Assembly (NCBI GenBank): GCA_019828565.1
Contig: JAHDYR010000013.1
Location: 248,001 to 312,000 of the forward strand
DNA length: 64,000 nt
Direction: 5' to 3'
Origin: Carpediemonas membranifera BICM
Taxonomy: Eukaryota > Protista > Fornicata
Below the pieces are notes generated by a model. The model was not told where the DNA came from and did not search any database. It was given only the letters and a program-made list of their open reading frames with translations. Both the position numbers and the translations under genes were made by a program. Positions within the stretch are counted from its first letter, which is position 1, and each line of letters starts with the position of its first letter. This document shows positions 62,005 to 64,000 of the stretch, in pieces.

Positions 62005-64000
62005 CCCTCCTCGAGGAAGACAGAGCTATGACGGCGTTTGTAACACCTGACGACTACGAGGAGTTCAACCGAGTCCCATTCGGGCTGACTAACGCTCCGA
62101 GTTATTTCCAGCGTACCATGCAATCCATCCTCGCCCCGGTACTCCACCGGGGGGTGCTGGTCTATATTGACGACATCTTAATCTACGCCCAATCTGAGGA
62201 GGAACTTATAGCACGCTTAGAGCAAACCTTCCAGTTACTGACAAAGTATGACCTTCGGCTTAGCCCGGCAAAATGTGTGATCGGCGCGGAGGAGTTAGAC
62301 ATCGTGGGCTTCCACCTTTCCCGCGAGGGGAAGAGCATCGACAAGCGACGGATTGAAGCACTCACGTCGATAGAGGCTCCGAGCAATGTTTCAGGGGTCA
62401 GAACACTCTTAGGGATGTTTAATTACGTGATCGACTTCATCCCAGCCGCGGCGGACCTTGTGGACCCCCTCTATGAGCTGATCAGGAACGCCGGTGAGCC
62501 ATTCGTATGTGGACCACGCCAAGAGGAAGCCCTCGTGGCCCTGAGAGAGGCGGTAGCCCAAGAGACCGTCCTGGCTCAGCCTGATCCCAGCCTGCCATGG
62601 GACGTTTACACTGACGCAAGCGACCGGGGGCTTGGGGCCGTAATCACCCAGGGAGAGGGCGCGAATCGCCGCCTGGTCGCCTTCGTTTCGAAATTATTTA
62701 ACGCGACGCAGAGGCGCTGGGCCACCTACGACAAGGAGCTGTACGCAATCCTTCATACCCTCACCCGGCCTGACTTGAGTCCTCTACTCAAGATGGTTAA
62801 CTCGCTCACTATCCACACAGACCACCGGAATATTGTGTACCTCATGCGCCGCTCCCTCGTATCCCCCAAGGTGATGCGCTGGCGGATTGCTTTGCAAGAA
62901 TTCAATTTCAACATTGCCCACATATCAGGCGAGCATAATGTGGTCGCCGACGCTCTTCACGGCTAGAATCGTCGACTAAGACTGTGAACAGTGCCGAGAT
63001 CGTACCATCGGAGGAGGAGAAGCTGCGCATACTTCAAGATCTGCATGAGGGCGCCAATGGCCACCCCAAGGCAGTACGCCTTACGACTCTTGCGATGGAG
63101 GCGGGTCATGTTTGGCCCGACGTCTCGGCACTCGCCAAGCGGGTAGTCAAGCAGTGCTTGACATGCCAGAAGTTGCGCGCACACAAGCGAACGCCCCCGG
63201 CGAAGAACAGCACACACCGGTACACGCCCTTTGAATGCGTCCAAGTCGACACTCTCTCCCTGGGGCTAGCGGTGAGTACAAGGGCGTCTTGGTCTTCACA
63301 GATGTCTTCACGAAATACGTGGTACTGAAGCCGGTGAGATCAACCACGGCCGCCGAGACAGCCCAAGCAATGCTAGAAGTCTGGGCCCTATTTGGGAAAC
63401 CAGCGCTACTTCAAACTGATGGCGGACCGGAATTTAGGAACCAAGTGGACGCTGAAGTCAACCGGATCCTCTCCCTCAAGCATCGTTACTCGACCCCACA
63501 TCACCCAGCCTCCAACGGAATTCTTGAACGCACGAATGGAAAAGTCCTTCGTCTGTTGCGGGGTTTACTATTTGACAGCCAGGACTATGACTGGGTTCCT
63601 TTCCTCCCTTTAGTGCAGTACATCATTAATACACGGCCAACACGGGCCACGGGGCAAGCCCCCTTACGCCTAGTGACAGGCAATTCGGGATCCGACTCCG
63701 AGCAGTTTTCAGTCGCGCAATACGAGCGGGCGTGGGCCCTATTTAAGGAAATGTCGGCGGGCCAAGCCGATTGCCTGAAGGCGTTCCGCGACGCCCTTAA
63801 TACCCGCCGTCTGCAAGCCAAGGCTCATCTCCAACGGTATAGCGAACGAAACAAGAGCGGCGAGGACAGCGACACACCTCCGAGCTTCCCGGATGGCTCC
63901 TTCGCACTCCTCCGCTACGTTGGCAGAGCTCCCAAGCTGCTCACCAGCCTCCGGGGCCCGATGAAGGTTGTACGAGCCGGCGAATCGCCCGCTACGCACG
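62005..64000 (+). mobile_element. 5'-truncated second copy of the gypsy element (RT-RH-IN), running off the window
   Basis: Near-identical reverse complement of 37875-39872, with 1-nt deletions near 62957 and 63263 and a W to C change. Confidence 0.93.

Overview
Eukaryotic protist DNA in the standard genetic code. Very short GT..ACACAG introns, a pyrophosphate-dependent PFK and flagellar genes suggest an anaerobic flagellate, probably a fornicate/metamonad such as a Carpediemonas-like organism (inference, not proven). The window has two sharply separated halves. (1) 1-35.2 kb is a compact gene array: Dim1, BRF1, RPS2, SPEF2-like, NEDD8, SRP19, RPS13, RPL10, a bacterial clade-P PPi-PFK, an SLC25A38-like carrier, calcineurin A, a degraded Zn-finger/WD40/kinase/HECT-like/IBR-like gene with micro-exons, NBS1-like, HIT4-like and IFT dynein-2 heavy chain. 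(2) 35.2-64 kb is a nested retroelement island around two tRNA genes. It holds a complete chromodomain Ty3/gypsy element (short LTRs, 4-bp TSD) inserted into a truncated DIRS-like element, and a near-complete DIRS-like element followed by a second tyrosine recombinase. It also holds an APE-type LINE ending at tRNA-Leu, an ORF with a Maelstrom-like DEDD/ECHC nuclease domain fused to a LINE tail, and more fragments. Strongest novel candidates: the element-associated Maelstrom-like nuclease, the phase-2 micro-exon cassette that assembles a CxxC-x5-CxxC motif, the two-recombinase DIRS arrangement with a conserved -1 slippery site, and an antisense tRNA-like unit inside the gypsy element. Several single-base frameshifts in essential genes look like assembly errors. 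All family calls come from motif recognition; no database search was run.
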